Shown here piece after piece: positions 1-50,365 of a stretch of DNA of 64,000 bases. Every line of letters starts with the position of its first letter. Within the stretch, counting starts at the first letter, position 1. A model generated the notes under the pieces. That model was not told the origin of the DNA. It searched no databases and worked only from the letters and a program-made list of their open reading frames with translations. A program made the translations under genes and the position numbers. This DNA is from Chrysomallon squamiferum (taxonomy: Eukaryota > Animalia > Mollusca): the NCBI GenBank assembly GCA_012295275.1, contig CM022674.1, positions 1,364,001-1,428,000 on the forward strand, written 5' to 3'.

Positions 1-39
1 ATATTAATCTTAGGTACACAACATTTCTTACCATGAAAA

Positions 40-480
40 AACCCTGTTTTATTTAATAACACACTGAGCATGTTATATGAATGTATCATTTTTTACATTA
101 ACAAAAAGTTTTGTTTAATAACTTGATCAACACATTTTTAATCCACATATTATATGAACAGAACATTTTTTAAATTAATGAAACATTCTATTTTTTTTTT
201 TGTGACACACTCAACACATTTGAAATCCACTGTTTTATGAATAGAAAATCTTGTTGTTATATATTAATGAAAAGTTTTTATTTTTAATTTTATAACACAT
301 TTTCATTCCACAATGACACAAAATTAGTTTTATGGTTAAGGAAGAGAGAGAAAATAAGTTACAAAATCTCCAGCCGAACTATGGGTTATTCTTTGTGTAT
401 GAGTGTTCTTATATTAAGATCAATTAGTGAAGGAAAGTATTTTCTTCTTCAGTTTAGTAGGATATAGTCGTGGGTTTAAT
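40..480. repeat. Degenerate tandem copies of a SINE-tail-like motif in an LRRC23 intron
   Basis: A GTTTTRTTTAAYRAC..CAACACATTTT-like motif recurs about 4 times (46, 108, ~200, ~290), followed by TATGGTTAAGGAAGAGAGAG. This resembles the elements at 45555 and 60925. Confidence 0.4.
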
Positions 481-599
481 GGGAAGTAAAATAATATCTT
501 GTTTTTAACACAACCAGACTTGCTAGCCAAGGATTAATTTATCCACTTATTAATTTTGATAATACTTTGTAAGGATGTATCTTTATTTTTCAAATGTAC

Positions 600-661
<62 letters not shown>

Positions 662-918
662 TTTCCTAATACTTAGAAATAATGCAATTGTGTTTTGAAA
701 TAAAATTTAAATTCAGCAAGATTAAAACATGTTTGTAAAACATTCTTGTTTTCACTTTTTGCTCAATGGTTTGATTTTTGTATTCATATTATTCTGTATT
801 TTGAACAATTAAATTCTATTATTGTAACAGAAGTGCAATAATTATCATCCTACTTGAAATTTTATTGTATCCGTTGGATTTTCATGTATTGTTTTTATTT
901 TTAACTCTTTCTTTGTAG

Positions 919-1986
919 AGGTAATAATATTGGTAGTGTCAAAGCCATTGCAGGTCTTAAAAAGCTCCCCATGCTGAGAGCTTTAGTAATGTCAGGTAGG
1001 TGTCAGTCTTTTATTTTTTAACACAGAAACTTGTACATCACTCTGCTTTGAGGAAATGATATATAAACTTCAGCTGAATAAAATAATGGATATTTTTTTC
1101 AAAGTTTTCTTACCGCCTAAAAACTTTAGTTGTCAGTAAATATGGAGATTAATAATTTTATGTTTCTTCAAGCTGTAAAATATCCAAGGTTACAGGTCAT
1201 TTTATGAATCTATTAGTTATGCAGTTTTCTGTTGTGAGAGTTAGTTTTCATTACTCAATTTATTCTAAAAAGAAAATTTAAAAAATCATTGTGGTGTGAG
1301 CTGAATTTTTTTTCTTCATCCAATATTAATTTTAAAATTTTTAGAAAATCCTTTTAGCAGGAAAAGATGATGAAAACTGTTTTGCAACTGCATTTCACTG
1401 CAGAGTTAATTTTTATTTTTAGAAAACCCTCTAGCAGAAGAAGATGACTATCGACTGGAAGTGCTGATTTCTCTTAGAAAACTGGAACGACTGGACAAAG
1501 ACGAGTTCACAGAGGAAGAGAGAACTGAAGCAGAAGATGTATATGAACAGAGAAAGAATGAAGAAGCTATTGAAGGAGTGAGTTATCTTCATTCTTTTAT
1601 TTTTAATTGTTTTGTTGCAATGGTAAGACAGAGGGTACAAAGGACATGCATCATTTACGTGCCGAAAAATTAACCAACAGTGAAAATTAATTTCTTTACA
1701 ACATCCTATACTGCTGCAATCACATCATTCTGTCTTGAATATTTTTACAAAATTTATTTGGTTTAGCAAGACCATTGCTGATTATCCAGTAATTTTTCAG
1801 ACCTTTGCTATAAATAGAATGACAAAAAAGCTAGTAAGTAGACCAAAGTCTAAAAGATTGGCTTGTGCTTTACCATTGGGCTAAATTTTATTTCATTTTG
1901 GGTTTTTTAAATTATTTTTTTGTGGTTTTTTTCAGGGAGAAGAACAAACACAGTCTGAAGAAGAGGCCCCTGAAGAAGCCCAGTAG
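919..1986 (+). CDS. LRRC23: Leucine-rich repeat-containing protein 23, last three coding exons (5' part outside window)
   Basis: GT-AG exons 919-995, 1423-1577 and 1936-1986 splice in frame to GNNIGSVKAIAGLKKLPMLRALVMSENPLAEEDDYRLEVLISLRKLERLDKDEFTEEERTEAEDVYEQRKNEEAIEGGEEQTQSEEEAPEEAQ*. This is a terminal LRR plus LRRcap (NP..YR..V..L.KL..LD) and an acidic tail, matching recalled LRRC23. Confidence 0.8.
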
Positions 1987-3781
1987 TCACGACTTTGACA
2001 CTTAGGAGATTACCAAAAGTTAACATTTTTGACATTCCATACGACAGCACTTCCCTAATTATTTCTACTTAATTCGGTTAATAACATTTTCATCCAAAAA
2101 TAAATTTTTTCCTAGGCAAGCTACAATTTTATCAGTTAAACTTGAAAGAGAAATTAAGAACTGAAAATTAGTGTAAAACAAAAATAAATTGCAGACATGT
2201 AATTAATTAATTCATAAGAAATTACCAAATAAAATGAAAAAAATAAAACAAAGAAAGAGCTGTGAATTCATGTAGATTCATCTATTTAGAATTAAACCGT
2301 TCAGTTTTCTATTTGTGCAGTGGTTCAGCAAAATCTAGTTAAATAAAAAGTAAAATCATTTAAGTGCTCACAATAAAAATATCAACAATAAAAATTTGGT
2401 GTAAAATTGAGCTATCAACTTTATTACTTTTTTCTTAACATTAAATCTGTGGTCTTTAGATATGAATTCCAAAATAAGTCATTTGAATTATTATTTATTC
2501 TTATTGTGCTTCCAGTTTCACTGAGATATTTTTAATCAATAAAAATTTAATGAGATGTACAACATTAATTTTTTCAAACAGGTTTTAACTTTTTAATTGT
2601 TCCTAATTCTATGGAGTGAGACAGGTTGGAAGATGTGCTACTGTTAACATTTTTGTGATAATTTTCTAATTTGGCCAGTGAAATTTAATTTTAAAACCAA
2701 AGTTTCAATTTTGATATAGTTTGTGAAATTTTGCAGGTTATTCCATTATTTAAAAAAAAATTCTAATGTTGTATCATAACTAAATATTCTGCATAATTAT
2801 CATTGATTTATATACATATTTTAAATTTAAAATACGTTATTCCTGACAGCAGTTGCTGTAACATTTTTCGATACGCTATATCTGTGATAGTACATGTATA
2901 TATGTTCATGTTCATTAAACTATTTGGCAATCTGTCCATACAGGTACCAAATTTTTTAAAACTTTTTAAATTATTTTTTTTTTTTTTTGTTATAATAAAA
3001 AAAGAAAAAAAACAACATATATTCTTTAACTATTTGTTACATTTGTATTTTGTTGTCATTTGAACAATGAAAACTTACAAGAAATGTAATAAAAGACATG
3101 CATGAAACAACATTCAGTAACCATACAAAACATTTCAGGAATATTAGATTTTAAACTGGAGTCTGAAAAACATTTTTACTTTAAACCTCTGAATCCAATG
3201 TCCTCATGAACCACTACCCATACCAAACTTTGTTTTCAATATTTTCAAAATAAAGGCAACTTTGATTTGCCTAGACTAATAATAATAATAATATCACATC
3301 CACACATGTATAATGTCACATTATTATTAAAAAAATAAATATGTGCATTGGATTATATCCCAAACTGTTATATGGGTTGTATAAATTTGTTTATTAATTT
3401 TTGATAATTTCAGTTTTTGTTCTTGTTGTTTATTTGGGTTTTTTTTTTTCTTTCTTCCTATTTATGCATAATGGTGTCAGTTTGCAAAGACTAACCAGAA
3501 TAAAAGAATAATAATGTGCAGAAATTTAATATCAAGACTGAGGTAAGGGTAGGAACTTACTGAACAATGAATGTGTGGTAACCAACACACAAAGAAATTA
3601 CAACCAACAATACTGAAAATATGAGTCATTTTGTTTTGACATGTACATGTAATAATATATCCTGAAATATGAACAACCACTATCAACAACAACTTGAAAT
3701 TATTTAATGAAAAAACAATGTGAGTTGTAACTGGTATTTAATCTCCAGAATATTTAACAAACCAGTCTCTATGTAATACAT

Positions 3782-5415
3782 TTATTTCTTCTTTTTTGAT
3801 TTTTGCTGCTGAGCAGGTGTTTCAGTTTCTGATTCGCTTTTATGTTTCTGCCATTGTAAAGGTTTCTTCCTGTACATCGGCCAAGGAGGCAATGTGAGCT
3901 AAAGAAGAAAAAGGAATTATTCAATTTACAAAAACTAAATAAAATTTAAAACAATTTTCTGTGAGTAGCAGTACACAATTAAGGGAATCATTTAAATCCT
4001 AAATCTATTCAAAACAGATATTAAATTACAACAGCAAGGTTGTGGCAGTCACATATTCTTGTCTTGGCATTTTTCCAAACCGACATGGATGAGTGAAGAT
4101 CAGTAATATCTGTAGTCGTCACGAACATTATATAGTTTTAAAACTTTGCTCATATAAATTATTATACTAATTTTTCTAAGTGATTCTACTTCTAAAGACA
4201 CTGCAATCATACAACTTTTTGTTTCCACATTGTATCTAAATAATAAGACAGTTTAAAAACAAACTGCTGAACCTTTCAATGCAATATTCCATACCAATGT
4301 ACATTTCAATTTATTTTAATTATCAATAAAAACACACACACACAGAATATGATACTTACTAAGCATGATAAGGCAAATCCAGCAAGAAGAATGTACATAG
4401 TCTGTGAAAACTGCTGACAGATGTATCCCCATACAAAACCTACAGCCTGTTTAGAAAAATATAAAAGTAACATCTATAATAACATACAGAAACATCCACA
4501 CATACAGACAGATTACTAGAAAAAAAATACAGAATTATACACTGTTTACTTAATCTCCAGAAAGGGTTACTGAACTAATACTTTTGACATTTGATATAAT
4601 TTTAAACTGCTTGTGGATTTACTCTTTATATATATATCAAACATTAGTGCCTAAATGTCCAAATACACTGTTATTATTATAAGCATAAACACAGGAAAAA
4701 AAAATGTCTTTCTTTCGTTTTTTCAAATAAATAATTATGAATAATATTCATAAGATAACATTTTACAGGTTCATACAATTCTTAAAGAATGATATTGTAA
4801 TTTATATACTTTTTATTCCTTTTCCTTTATTTATTTTAAAATATGTGTTTATACCATACCCCAAAAAGTACTATAATGATCTGGAATGTTTTTTCAGCTC
4901 TTTTCTGTCCTTCAAAATCCTGAAAAGATATTTCATTTATTAACAACAAAAATAAAAAAGAAGCATGCAAGACATTTTTAATCACTGACATTTTAATAAT
5001 TAATTCAGTAACTGTTGTTAATATTCTTACTTAGTTACTAGCATAAGTTATAACCGTTACTGTTAATTATATTAAATAATGAATAATAAAAATATTATAT
5101 ATTATTTATACTGGTGGTGATGTTAGAAATGTTATTGTTTTGGAGGTGACGTTGTTGTTGCTGGGGGTTCTCGAGGGGTTGTTTTCGGGTAGGATGAGTG
5201 GTTTATTCTTCTAATCGCTGACGTGTTATAATAATTAGTATAAAATGCATGGCGTCTGCTTCTAAATCTAAAGCTCTGTCCATATGCCTGCTTTTAAAAA
5301 CAAGAATCAAAATAAATTGTACAATCAGATTATGTTTTATATATTTCACACTTTTTACCATATGCAATGGAATAGACTTAATGCTCTCTGGCACTAAAGA
5401 AATTATGAAATCCAT
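3782..5415 (-). CDS. SPCS1: Signal peptidase complex subunit 1 (SPC12), complete, 106 aa
   Basis: Four exons with phase-0 GT-AG introns: 5415-5359, 4919-4860, 4446-4360, 3898-3782. They give MDFIISLVPESIKSIPLHM|DFEGQKRAEKTFQIIIVLFG|AVGFVWGYICQQFSQTMYILLAGFALSCL|LTLPPWPMYRKKPLQWQKH...KKKK*, with the SPC12 motifs MDFxGQxxAE and LTLPPWPxY and two TM segments. Confidence 0.95.
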
Positions 5416-5778
5416 CTTGGTAAATGATAACACAACGCTGAAAGCAAACAGGAAGCGAAACGTGAAAACAACTCTTTGCTCGAAAAAGGTTTAGTCTCGA
5501 TAAATGTACACGCTATAATCAAAAGAGTATGCGTAAAACGAGACTAAAGTAGGCACAGAAAATTTGATATAAAATTCGGACCTCAAATATAATTATCAAA
5601 CCTAAGATGACAATTTTTTTTTCCTAATTCCACATACATTATTTCGATTAGATATAATGTATATTTGTTTAAATTATATTGTAAAATTTAACATCATTGG
5701 GCTGTCCTTGAGCTGTGCTTCTTAACTTCCTCGAGTCATGATAAATGTGCTTATGTAGTATATACGTGTGTGTGTGTA

Positions 5779-5829
<51 letters not shown>

Positions 5830-5925
5830 ACATTTAATAATTCTAAACGCTGAATTACACACTGCTTCAGTTATATTATAATTTGACTTTAGCGGACTTT
5901 CCTGATTAGCGAAAGAAATCTGATT

Positions 5926-5961
<36 letters not shown>

Positions 5962-6380
5962 ATTGTACAAATATTAATCGTGCAGATTATAATAAAAATA
6001 AAATATTTTTTCAAATTTTCATTGACATTCTTAAACGAAAAAGAAAGTTGGATTAAATGTTCAGAATCAGTTTTGAATTCCATTTGAGGTCCGAACTTTA
6101 TAAAAGTTTAATTAAAATTGATTTTATCCACAATAAAATTTGTTTTAAATTTATTTTAGATATTCAGTAAAATATTTTATTATAGATATTTTAAACAGAA
6201 GCTATTTGAAATAATTTTGTATTTAAAATATATTTCATGAATATATTAAAGACCTATTTTTAATAAATGTTCCCTCCTGCTTTATTTCATTATTTCATTA
6301 CTTTCTTTGTTTTTTATTCTTTTTGTCGTCCTTTTATTTTCATTTTGTTGCTTCTTTTTAATTATTATTATTATTATTAT

Positions 6381-6420
<40 letters not shown>

Positions 6421-6633
6421 TGGCGTCTTGAAAAATGTAATCCGTATTCGTATTTCCGCATTTCGGTCTTTTACAAACCTGTGTTCAATTTCGAAGTTTA
6501 CAAACGAAATCATATGTTTGGTGTTTTGGACAAGATATGGTTGATTTTGTAAGAAGTTGCAAAACATTTAAGTAATTTCATAATTTTGATCATATTATCA
6601 CGCATTTAGTTGAAGCAGGACTTTAGCGTCAAG
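5416..6633. promoter_or_regulatory. Putative bidirectional promoter region shared by SPCS1 and XRN1
   Basis: Divergent start codons lie about 1.2 kb apart. CpGs are retained around both starts, unlike in the CpG-poor gene bodies. Transcription start sites cannot be determined from sequence. Confidence 0.55.
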
Positions 6634-40980
<34,347 letters not shown>

Positions 40981-43900
40981 ACGACAGATTCGTGATAGGG
41001 CTAAATGTACAGGACAGTTTCCTTTAAATCATCTGTTAATTTTGGTTTTGATTTCATATTCATATATGTCTATGTGTGTGTGTATGTGTACATACATACA
41101 TACATATATATATATATATACACACGTATATTTAAATATATATACACACACACATAACGTATATTTATATTCATGTAAATGTTTCTGTATATGTCAGTAT
41201 GTGTATGTGGGTGCTTATAAATGTGTTTATGAGTGGGTGGGTTTGTGTGGGTGTGTATGGGTGTGTGTCAAGTATGTGGAATGTTTCTACCATATGTTTG
41301 AAAAGCATTTCTTTTCAAGTGTGTATAGTAGGCTAATTTATGAAATATAATTTTTTAAATTTAACAATGCCATGGATCCATACTGTCATTCAAATGTTTT
41401 ATCATTTTATCTCTTCATTTACTACTGTGAGTGAAAATGAATTAAAGACAGATTTCTTTATTTTTTATTAATATTATTAATTAATTTATTTATTTATTTA
41501 CTTTTAATGTATTTGTTGTTACTGACAGTTTTAATTTTTCAAATCAACAAACGTGAAATTATTTTCTTCTTTCATCTACAATAAAATAATTTGATGAAGA
41601 AGATGCTCCTATTTACTTGTAGAATAAAGATTCTTAAAGGAAATAGCCTTTTTATTATGTTACTAATTTCTAAATAACTGTTTACATAAACTTTAATATT
41701 TTTGATATAAAAAGACTTCATTGTTAAAACGTACTGTTTATAATAATGTTTTCCTTTGTTTGTTAAAATGGTCAAAATTGTAGTAATGTAAAAAAAGAGA
41801 AAATTGAACTTAAAACTTCCTGCTGTAAATAAGCTAAATAGCTTTTTTTTCTTCTTGCTTTTTTTCTTTTTTTTTTTTTCTTTTTTTTAATGTAACCCCT
41901 CGAACCAATAAATAAAAAAAAAAAACTTTTAACACAGAATTTCAAATTCTAAGAAATCTTAATTACAGTTATTGGCCATTTTAGGATTGTCTTAATCATA
42001 GAATTTCCAGTTGTTAGAGAGTTTTAATCAAAGAATTTCTTAGTTTTGAATTATAGAACTTCTGTGATGATCTTAAACATGGAATTTGTAATCAAAACCC
42101 ATTTGTCATTTTGTAGTCTCAAAAAATATATTTGTATATACGGAAAAATACCACCATTATAATAGTTGACTGCTTTCTTTGCTTAAACAATTTTAAAATG
42201 AAACACAATAAAACATTGACAGTTCTATGTTTTAAATTTGACATAATTTAGATAAGAAAGCATGATAAGAAAATTAATTATATAAATTTTTATTTTATGG
42301 GCATTTTCTTTCTTTTAATGTAAATGGTTTCTCAATGTCTGAGAATAATATATTGTTTTCTCAGAATTTAAAAGAACATATTGCTTTTGTTTTATTTGTT
42401 TTATTTGTTTTATATATATAAATATATAAAATGTCAGTTGTTTTGTGTATTATTTTTAAAAGCAAAATACTGTACTTATCAATTTATGAATTTAAACACG
42501 TCTTTGAATATGATGTATCATTTCTGATTCTCCTATCTGCAACTCTTTAAATAAATTTTTATGTTTGCTAAGATAGGTGTGAAGAAGATAAATATGTGTT
42601 TAGTATATTTCTTACATACTAGTCCTGTGTAGATTTTTAAAAAATGACACTATGTATAATAAACTGATTGAACATGAAATTAATGTTGAATGATTTGTAG
42701 TAGGCGATATGAACCAGAAAAAGGGATTTTTAAAAATGTTACAATTTGAAATCATTTAAATTTTTATCGTGTATATATATATATATTATTCAAAGAAATT
42801 TTTTTTAAATACGTGTATATATTATTCAAGGAGAAAAAATTAATTATTCTGATTGTGAATACACAATCATTGTATTACAGTCTTTCTCTTATTCTCTTCC
42901 TATTGCTTGTCGTTCCTTTTCTGATAGATATCTATATAGATAGATAGAAAATATAGACAAACGGACTGACAGAGAGATAAATAGATGGATAGACAGAGAG
43001 ACAGCCAGATAAATAGAGCGACAGATAGATATTCACATACAATCTGCCCACTTTTTTGCGATAATTAAGTTTACGATGATGATTGGGATTTAAGCTACTT
43101 TTTAATGTAGGCAAATATGAGGTAAAATTTATTTAAAAAAAAAAATTCTAAATAAATAAATAATAACAACAACAAAAACATAACAATAATAATTATTATT
43201 AGTATTATTGTCATTGTTGTGTTAATTAACTGTGAAAATAAATATTTAATATTAATTTTAATCTTTTATTAACAAGCTTTAATTAAATTTTAAAAAAAAA
43301 AAAAAAAAAATTGATTCGTTCAAATATTGTGTAGGTTCAAGCAAACAAAGCTTTGAAGAGTATACACAGACGATTATTCATCAATCATTAAATAACACTA
43401 AACATTACCCAACATTAAAACAATATTACAGTGCATTACTTGCTGTCACAGATCGCTGAGGCCTGTGTGAAATATTTTCAAAGGCAATGAAATAAACTCA
43501 ATATTTCATAGACAGAAATGCTAGTGAATCAATATTTTTAATAGTTCTTATTGTAACATTGGTGAAATAACAGCAGATTAAATATTCGATTAATCATACA
43601 TAACGTCAGTGGATAGTTCAGTCTGTATTGCTTTCTGACGTAACAGCGAGTTCCAATTAAAAGTTGTAAACGTTACTCGATTGTTCGGGGAAATGGTTTA
43701 CACATGAAAACGATTTTCAGTCGTTAATTAATTAAAGATAAATGCAACTATACTTTACTAGACATACTGAATAACTTTCTGTAACGATCCTGAATTACAA
43801 ACATTCAGTATTTCTGAAATATTACCTTCGCAGGAAATAACTAACATTTATTAGTAGGGGGGAGTTTTCTTTTTATTAGTCTTTTTAAATTCTACGGATA

Positions 43901-45554
43901 GGTTATAATTATGTCCTCATTAGCAAAGGAAAAAAAAAAGCAACACGTAATAAGTTTAATAAAAGCAGCTGTTTCTTTTCATTTTTTTTTTTGTTCCACA
44001 ACATTCACTTTTATTAATTACTCTAAACATGAATCGAATACTTTCATTGTTGTTTATTCTGAAAGCCTCTTCAGAACGGGAAAACGAGTGAGACAAACTA
44101 ATAATACCATCGTTCCACAGAGACAATGTGATATGACCTGTTTATTGTGTCTAATAATTATATATTTAGTAAATTACTGAATTTGTTTTCTCAACTGGAA
44201 GCCATGTTTGGTGTTACTGTCTACCGCAACCAGCAGTTCATTGATACAGATGCGACCCAAACAGTCTAAAGGTATGAACTGATACTTATACACCAATATA
44301 AACACGAACGGTAGAACAACTCCTCTGGAATCCTAGTGTAATTCACGTGAAATATTTGTTTTTCGTATTTTTCTATTTTATTTATCCACCCAATCGTCTG
44401 CAGAAGATGAATAAACTTCAATGACCTTTTCAAGGTTGTTGTTTTCAAACTACGTCGAAATGGTCAGCGTAAATAAAAGCTGACAGCAGCCCGCCCAGGA
44501 CAGACAACAAAAGAATTATTAATTATTCAAAGAAATTTCCTCACAACGTATAAAATTTTCAAACATTTTGTTGTTTTCAGCCTAAGTGTTAATGGGCGGG
44601 TCTTACAATTTTTTCTTTTACCACTGGTCACGTGTCTGTTGTTTTCTCATCGAGCAGCGGTACCTGATCAATCATTAAAATATTCTTTATACCCTGACTT
44701 ATGGGACTTCATATTATTATGCTGATTAGAGTGTCTCTCTGTCTCTGTCTGTCTTCACACACACACACACACATATACACACAAATAGACACGTGTGTGT
44801 ATATAGATAGATAGATTATACTTCCCTCTCAGAGTCAATTTTTATAATTCTACAACACAATGGGTGGAACGGAAAAAAAGACCAGACGGCGCCCTAAGGA
44901 AGGTTGCTATTACATTGTTACAGAGCTAGAGCGATCTAGATTGTTTCCCTTTCCTGCCAAAGATCAAGACCAGTTATATAACTGTACACAGTCTGTGGCT
45001 TGTATCTCTAACCTCACACACACGATTCTATTCGAAAACGTAATGAGTTTCTTCCACAATCAGTAATGTATCGGTTCGACTGAAGTATAATCAGTTAGTT
45101 CTATTGCCGTCGTCAAACAAACCAAAACTTTTAATTATTTTCATTTCACCTACCCGGAAACACCGACATATCAATCGATCATGCAGTTCTAATGCCTCTG
45201 TCCAATTTTTTTTTTTTTTTTTTTTTTTATTCCTTTTATTGTTATTGCTTTTTAATAATACCAAATCGATTTACATCTGCATGTCTTTATTGTTTTTGAT
45301 CGTCGGCGAAATGATACACAAAGCCACGTTCGCTGTTTATTCATTCAGAAAACACTTAATGGTACGAAACAGCGAACGTCGAAGGATTTGCCAGCAGTTT
45401 CATTAAAGAAAGATTAGACGCCGTTAACAGGACAACAGTTATACATTATACACACGGTCAAGCTGTCTCTCAGGGCGTTCGAACTCAGTTCCGCACGTAA
45501 GCATGAACCAAAGAAGATAACAGCACAGGTCAGATATCGTTAACTGCCGCAAAA

Positions 45555-45720
45555 GCCAGAAATTAATTTGTTTAACGACTGCTCAATATATTATTAATCT
45601 GTGGCTGTGTGGAATTGTACTGATTGGTTAAACAGCTCAGTGCAGGTAATGTGTCAGTTAGCGAAACACGTATTTCATTTGTACCTTTACATAGACAGGG
45701 AAGATGTTTGATAAAGCAGT
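45555..45720 (-). mobile_element. Decayed SINE 3' portion
   Basis: TTTGTTTAACGACTGCTCAATATATT...TGGTTAA...ACATAGACAGG, in the same order as the elements at 40-480 and 60925-61050. Confidence 0.4.
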
Positions 45721-46454
45721 CCTTGAAAAACGGTTAGAATGGGCAATAATGCGAAAAGGAGACGTTGGCAGGTGTTTGTGAACGTAAAAGCCCAGAGTGA
45801 TATTATTGAAATTAAATTGAAACGTGTTCAGATTGAGACAAACGTTTTCAAACTATCCATTACACAATAATAAAGTAACAAATAAAGAACAGTAATAAAA
45901 CAACAATTACAGTAACAGTAACAATAGTATTAATATTAAAACAACAGCAACAACAAGAAACAACGCAAAAAACCCAAATATAATAACAATCATAATAATA
46001 TGAATGATAATAATAATAACAACAAAAAAGCAACTATATAACAACACCAACAACAAGAGATAATAATAATAAAAATAATAATGAAGATGATGATGATGAT
46101 GGTGGTGATGATAATAATATTGATGATGATGATGATGATGATGGTGATGATATTAACAATAGTAATAAAAAACAAGGCAAATAGCTCAGTATTGTTACCA
46201 AGGACAAACACTAAAGTGGACGCGCCCCCTATCAATCAAATTCCAGCTTGTAATAATTACATACATGCGCACACTCATTATGTGAACATTAACTTTTGTT
46301 TGTGACGGCAAAGGTGACTTCAGTTCTATCATAATCGATAAGAAAAATGGAGACCTTATTACTTCTATTAGTCTGATACGGTCCGGTTGCTTTGTCGTTA
46401 TTTATTTATTTATTTATTTATTATTAGTAGTAGTAGTACTACTACTACTACTAC

Positions 46455-46528
<74 letters not shown>

Positions 46529-47199
46529 TTATTTAAAAAAAAAAAAAAAAAAAAAAAATTATTATTTATTTATTTATTTATTTATTTATTATTATTATTA
46601 TTACTTTTTTTTTTTTTTTTTTTTTTAAGCCTTTATTAAAATGACCAACATCGAACTGTTGATCGATCCTGTACTGACCGATATGAATTTGTTTATCGAC
46701 GAAACTTAATTACATCAGCACCGTTCGTTCTAGGTGGCGCTGTCGTTTCAGCGATTTCTATGAGAGAGAAAAAAAAAAAAAAAAAATGGCGACAGTAATA
46801 ACAATTCTAAACGTTTATTGATTTCTGGTCGTCGCATCATGTTCATGCTCCCGTGAACGCTGCAGTCTCGCAGACAGTCACGGACGATCAGACACGTCGT
46901 AAAATCGCCGCTTAGTGTTATCTAGCATGTTTCAGCACTGTGAAGCTTCCTTTTATTTATTTGTTCTAAGAAGAAAGAGAAACAGAGTGGCTGCTACATT
47001 TGTTTGCTCTGAGGTAGTTGAGTAGAAAACACGATTTGAGTTTAAGCGGGAAAAACATTTTCTATGACGTTTCTGAAAACGAAGCTTGTTGAATGGAAAA
47101 CATTATTAAATGTTTCCAGAGATGAAACGTGTTAAATGGGGAGAGGAGCGTGTCATAATCCTGGTGTCATAAAAAAATTAAAATTCAGCGGAAAAGGAT

Positions 47200-47520
47200 T
47201 ATTTAAATTTTCTGAAAAAGGAATTAGTTTTGTGGTGAATATAATTTTGCTTTCAAAAAGAGAAGTTCAGTGGACAAAAATTATTTGAAATTCCTGAAAC
47301 GAAAACATTATTAAAATATTCTTAAAACGAAACTAGTTTTGTCGTGAACATGATTTTGCTTTCAAACAAGAAGTTCAATGGAAAAAAAAATGTATTTAAA
47401 GTTTCTGAAAAAGAAATGATCTGAATGAAAAACATTACTAAAATTTTCTTAAAACGAAACTAGTTATGTGGTGAACATAATTTTGCTTGTAAAACGGAAG
47501 TGGAGTGGGCCACTCTTTAC
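47200..47520. repeat. Three ~110-127-bp tandem copies upstream of the Kv start codon
   Basis: TAGTTWTGTSGTGAAYATRATTTTGCTT at ~47225, ~47334 and ~47461. Confidence 0.8.
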
Positions 47521-47666
47521 TTGCTGAAACGAAAAATATCTCAATCGAAAACTTTGCCACGACTTGAATATTTGTGAAACGAAATTCATTAGTGGTATGT
47601 ATACGTCATCATAATAACAGTTATGAAATTTTCCGAAGCGAAAATTGTTGTTCCGTAAATACAACG

Positions 47667-49733
<2,067 letters not shown>

Positions 49734-49813
49734 GTTCGTTTTAATGCTGCCGTTTTACTTGTATTCGTCTCATCAACGCCGGAATTATTAATTAATTTTG
49801 AATATTTAGATAT

Positions 49814-49890
<77 letters not shown>

Positions 49891-50321
49891 AACATTTTGG
49901 TTTTCGGCTTCTTTTGTTTATTATTTATTATTTTATTTAGTTATTTATTTGTTTTATTTTACATACGCACGCACGCACGCATGCACGTACACACACACAC
50001 ATATATATAGGCCTATATATAAATAGAGTATTCCTCTATGTTCTTTTTATACAATGTATGTACTTTTTATTAATACATTAAATTAATTCTCAGATTTGTA
50101 TTATTGTTTCCGCTTTACTCTAGAATATTCAGATGATCTTCAAACAATAATAATAAGAAGAAGAAAAAGAAGAAGAAGAAGAAGAAGAAGAAGAAGAAGA
50201 AGAAGAAGAACAACAACAACAACAACAACAACAACAAAATAAAAAATAAAATGAATAAATAAATAAATAAATATCTGCCCCTAGTGACAATGTCATTCTT
50301 TGAAACTTTCAGGTTTGTATT

Positions 50322-50365
<44 letters not shown>

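Noticed and set aside
4030-4140. Possible intronic snoRNA in SPCS1 intron 3
   Set aside because: The C-like GTGACGA and the CTGA on the minus strand are only ~12 nt apart, with no terminal stem or recognisable guide.
43336-43460. 41-codon open stretch after TGTGTAG
   Set aside because: No upstream partner exon or recognisable homology; compatible with chance.
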